From: a virus
Strand: one strand, 5' to 3'
Virus record (IMG/VR): IMGVR_UViG_3300022204_000001
Coordinates: 1 to 43,280 of that record
DNA: 43,280 nt
Numbering within the stretch: the stretch's first letter is position 1; every line of letters starts with the position of its first letter. Position numbers and translations under genes: made by a program. Below are positions 40,630-43,280 of this stretch, piece after piece. The notes beneath the pieces were generated by a model, which saw only the letters and a program-made list of their open reading frames with translations, did not search any database and was not told where the DNA came from.

Positions 40630-43280
40630 ATGGCGCTATTCGACGAAGATACTACAGAAGATACCACTGAGGTAGGAGTTGCTTCCTATCTTGTGGCTGC
40701 TGATAGTCATTCTATTGCTAACGATAACCAGAGCTTTCTGGAGTCTGCTGCTGAGACTGTATCTAATATCCCTAAATTCATAGGTACTAGTATTATCTCT
40801 GGCGCCAATCAACTGTATAATATAGCTCCCACTCTAGGTAACTTTATGGGTGGAGACTTTGAGATATCTAAGACTGCTGATGTAGTGGAAGCTATTGATG
40901 ATGATCTAGGTGTCTATTATCAGGAGCATGGAGAGAGTGCAGATGTAGCAGGTTTCCTCATTAGCTCCTTAGTTCCTGGAATCGGCGGTATTAAACTCCT
41001 GAATGCTGGACAGAAAGTGCTAGCTACTGCTAATGCTACTGGTCGTTTCGGTAATAACATGGCTAGAGGGTTTGGACTTCTACGTACTAAACGTGAGGAG
41101 TATCTAACTAAGGCTATCTCTGAAGTTACAAATAGTAACAGCCTGTCCCTTATAACTAATAAGAACACCGTGCTAGCTATGGGTGCAGGTTATGGACAAG
41201 CTGTACTGGAGATGGCTGCATTTGAGACTGCTACTGCCGTTGCCTTATCTGAGTCTCCTGTATTAGAAGGACAAGATATAGGTGATATTATGACTAACAT
41301 TGCTGTAGGCGGCTTAGTGTTCGGTACTATCGGCGGTGTTATAGATGTTACTAAGACAGCTTTTGCAGTTAAGAAAGCTGTTAAAGCTGCTGATACTGCT
41401 GCTGCTCCGTGGACTCATATTAATGTATTACATACAGGTGCTACTCCTAGCAATAAACTCCTGTACGATCTGGAGCAGTTTGATAATCTTAAACAAATTC
41501 CAATAGGGGTACTAACTCCTGAGCGTGAGGCCTTCCTACGTAAGGCTGCTGCTACTAAAGCTCGTAGATTACAGGTGCAAGCAAGGAGTTCCTTAGGAGA
41601 ACTAGCCGCCGGAGATCAGGTAATAGCAGATCAAGCCTATGCTATGACTCTTGGGGCAGATTTTAATACTCAACTTGGTAACTATCTAGGTACTACTAGA
41701 ATCTCTAGGGTGCTAGATAAGACTGCGCCTGAGAAGATAATCTCTAAAGTAGAGAAGAGATTAGAGAAAGGTAAGGCTACTATTGAAGAAGTGGAGGAAG
41801 CAGCAGCACTAGAATTTAGAGCTACCTATGTTGATATGTGGGGAGAAAGTATTGGTAACACTGTTGACAGAGCACCTCAGCATATAGCTCTAGCTGATAC
41901 ACTTAAGAAAGGTCAGAGTATTACTATTGATGGTAACAAGGTAGTCGCTGGTGACAGACAGTTTAACTTTGATACTAAAGGGATTAGATCTGATGCTCGT
42001 GTAGGTAACACTAAGGAATTATCCGAAGCAAAGGCTACATTGCGTGCTGCTGAGCGTGGAGAGTTAGGTGCTGCTGATGCAACTAGAGTACTTAAGGCAC
42101 AAGAAGTAGTAGCTAAGTCTAAGAAGGCTGCTGCTGCTAAAGGTACTGGCTGGGATGTAACTAAAGTTGGCCTTCATGAAGCTCAGGCACGTAATATGTG
42201 GGCTATGGAAGCTGCCCCTCTGGCTGAGGCAGGTGAGAACTTTAAGCCTGTTACAATAGGTGAGATGGATACTCCTCTGCTAGACCAACTATATCGTGAG
42301 TTCAATGCAGAGCATAAGGTGTTACTTGAAGATGGTAGCCTTATGTCATTTGAGCATAAGCAGGAACTTCTTGATTTCATCCATACTAAGAAGATAGAGA
42401 TAGCTAATAAGTTTCTTACTACTAAGGCAGGTAAAGGTAAGTCTCAGGATGATATAGCTTCCATGCTTAACATGCGTTCCAGTCGCCTATCTGGTGAAGT
42501 GTCAGAAGACCTAACTCGTGATATCTTTGCATTGGAATCTTATGCTAAAGATTACACGAATATGTTAGTAGAAAAAGGGCTACACGATATAGAGAAAGGA
42601 ATCATACCTGTATATAAACTCCCTAAGACTATGAAACTTTCCTATGATACCACAGCTATTAAGGATATAGACGGTAATGTGCTAGAAGGTATGGCTACCA
42701 TTACTCAGCAAGAAAGATTACAGAGCCAGAAGTTACAGAACATACTTGCCGGATATTTCGCTGATGATGCGGATAAGTTCCTAGAATTATCTGTGCGTGA
42801 TGTACTAGATGCTAACCGTGTAGGTGCTGGAGGTAAGTTCTTTACTGCTGCATCCTCTAACTATGGCTCTCTTGCGGCTAAGGTAGAATATATAGGACAG
42901 GCTACTGCCGGAGTTATATCCAGAAGGCAAGCAGCCCTGCGTGAAGCTATTGAACCTAGCATGTATCGTCTAGCTCAGAACCAGGAGGCAGTTGTAGAGT
43001 GGAGTACACTCAATGCTACCTTACGTGCTCTACCTGATAACTACGTACTTAATGAAGCAGGTACAGCGTTAGAGCCAGCAGTAATGCAGAGATATAATCA
43101 GATGGTAGCAGAAGGGTTAGAGGCTCGCCCACCCAAGTTACATGCTAAGGATGCTCCATTAGAAATACCTATTGAAAATGCTGAGACTCTGGAACTTATA
43201 GAAGCTCACATATCTCAGAATGGTAGACGTATGGAGCATATCATTGAGTTACGTACTGCTCAGGGTGTGCCGAATAAACG
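40630..43280 (+). CDS. Giant internal-virion/DNA-ejection-type protein, N-terminal part (continues at base 1 through the 127-bp overlap; ends at 2489)
   Basis: ATG at 40630 lies 1 nt after the upstream TAG. I translated every codon to 43280 by hand and found no stop. It is absent from the track only because it has no stop inside the window end. Confidence 0.8.
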   Translation, partial: MALFDEDTTEDTTEVGVASYLVAADSHSIANDNQSFLESAAETVSNIPKFIGTSIISGANQLYNIAPTLGNFMGGDFEISKTADVVEAIDDDLGVYYQEHGESADVAGFLISSLVPGIGGIKLLNAGQKVLATANATGRFGNNMARGFGLLRTKREEYLTKAISEVTNSNSLSLITNKNTVLAMGAGYGQAVLEMAAFETATAVALSESPVLEGQDIGDIMTNIAVGGLVFGTIGGVIDVTKTAFAVKKAVKAADTAAAPWTHINVLHTGATPSNKLLYDLEQFDNLKQIPIGVLTPEREAFLRKAAATKARRLQVQARSSLGELAAGDQVIADQAYAMTLGADFNTQLGNYLGTTRISRVLDKTAPEKIISKVEKRLEKGKATIEEVEEAAALEFRATYVDMWGESIGNTVDRAPQHIALADTLKKGQSITIDGNKVVAGDRQFNFDTKGIRSDARVGNTKELSEAKATLRAAERGELGAADATRVLKAQEVVAKSKKAAAAKGTGWDVTKVGLHEAQARNMWAMEAAPLAEAGENFKPVTIGEMDTPLLDQLYREFNAEHKVLLEDGSLMSFEHKQELLDFIHTKKIEIANKFLTTKAGKGKSQDDIASMLNMRSSRLSGEVSEDLTRDIFALESYAKDYTNMLVEKGLHDIEKGIIPVYKLPKTMKLSYDTTAIKDIDGNVLEGMATITQQERLQSQKLQNILAGYFADDADKFLELSVRDVLDANRVGAGGKFFTAASSNYGSLAAKVEYIGQATAGVISRRQAALREAIEPSMYRLAQNQEAVVEWSTLNATLRALPDNYVLNEAGTALEPAVMQRYNQMVAEGLEARPPKLHAKDAPLEIPIENAETLELIEAHISQNGRRMEHIIELRTAQGVPNK
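43154..43280. repeat. Terminal duplication, right copy (identical to 1..127)
   Basis: Base-by-base comparison gives 127/127 identical. Confidence 0.95.

Noticed and set aside
1-43280. Search for CRISPR arrays, DGR (RT plus template/variable repeats), integrase/attP, toxin-antitoxin pairs and rRNA/tRNA genes
   Set aside because: No spaced identical repeats, and no RT, recombinase or tRNA hallmarks were seen in the translations or spacers. This search was by eye only, so small elements could have been missed.

Overview
This window is a complete, AT-rich tailed-phage genome of roughly 43.15 kb. Bases 1-127 are identical to 43154-43280, so the contig closes on itself. The linearisation point cuts the largest gene: 40630..43153 plus 1..2489 form one 5,013-nt, 1,670-aa ORF, and I translated the junction region by hand and found it open and in frame.

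The genome has two arms. The minus-strand arm (2513-22216) carries early, replication and recombination genes: family A DNA polymerase, SF3 P-loop helicase, RecD/Dda-like SF1 helicase, Sak4/AAA_24-like ATPase, Cas4-like PD-(D/E)XK nuclease, DHH/DHHA1 phosphoesterase, HNH endonuclease and many small orphans. The plus-strand arm runs from 22673 across the junction to 2489. It carries an HTH/small-terminase-like gene, TerL, portal, scaffold, major capsid, fibres and a beta-helix tailspike, a lysis cassette with overlapped spanins, and large internal virion proteins.

By eye I found no tail sheath, tape measure, integrase, repressor, RNA polymerase, tRNA, CRISPR array or reverse transcriptase. The phage therefore looks podovirus-like, virulent and dependent on host RNA polymerase.

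All functional calls rest on motifs read from the translations plus gene order. No homology search was possible.

The most unusual signals are:
- (i) A roughly 580-bp non-coding hub (20278-20943), with TTGTCGG-type iterons in inverted orientation around a C-depleted GATA-rich tract and 12-nt/8-nt block repeats.
- (ii) A perfect 35-bp direct repeat that copies the polymerase 3' coding end and brackets a one-gene cassette.
- (iii) A virion-block gene broken at a G6 homopolymer.
- (iv) A GC-rich, self-complementary 210-nt spacer after the portal gene.
- (v) Three copies of an identical SD-ATGATG start module, including an 8-codon uORF overlapping the polymerase start.
- (vi) Two possibly paralogous orphan genes, each in its own promoter-terminator unit.
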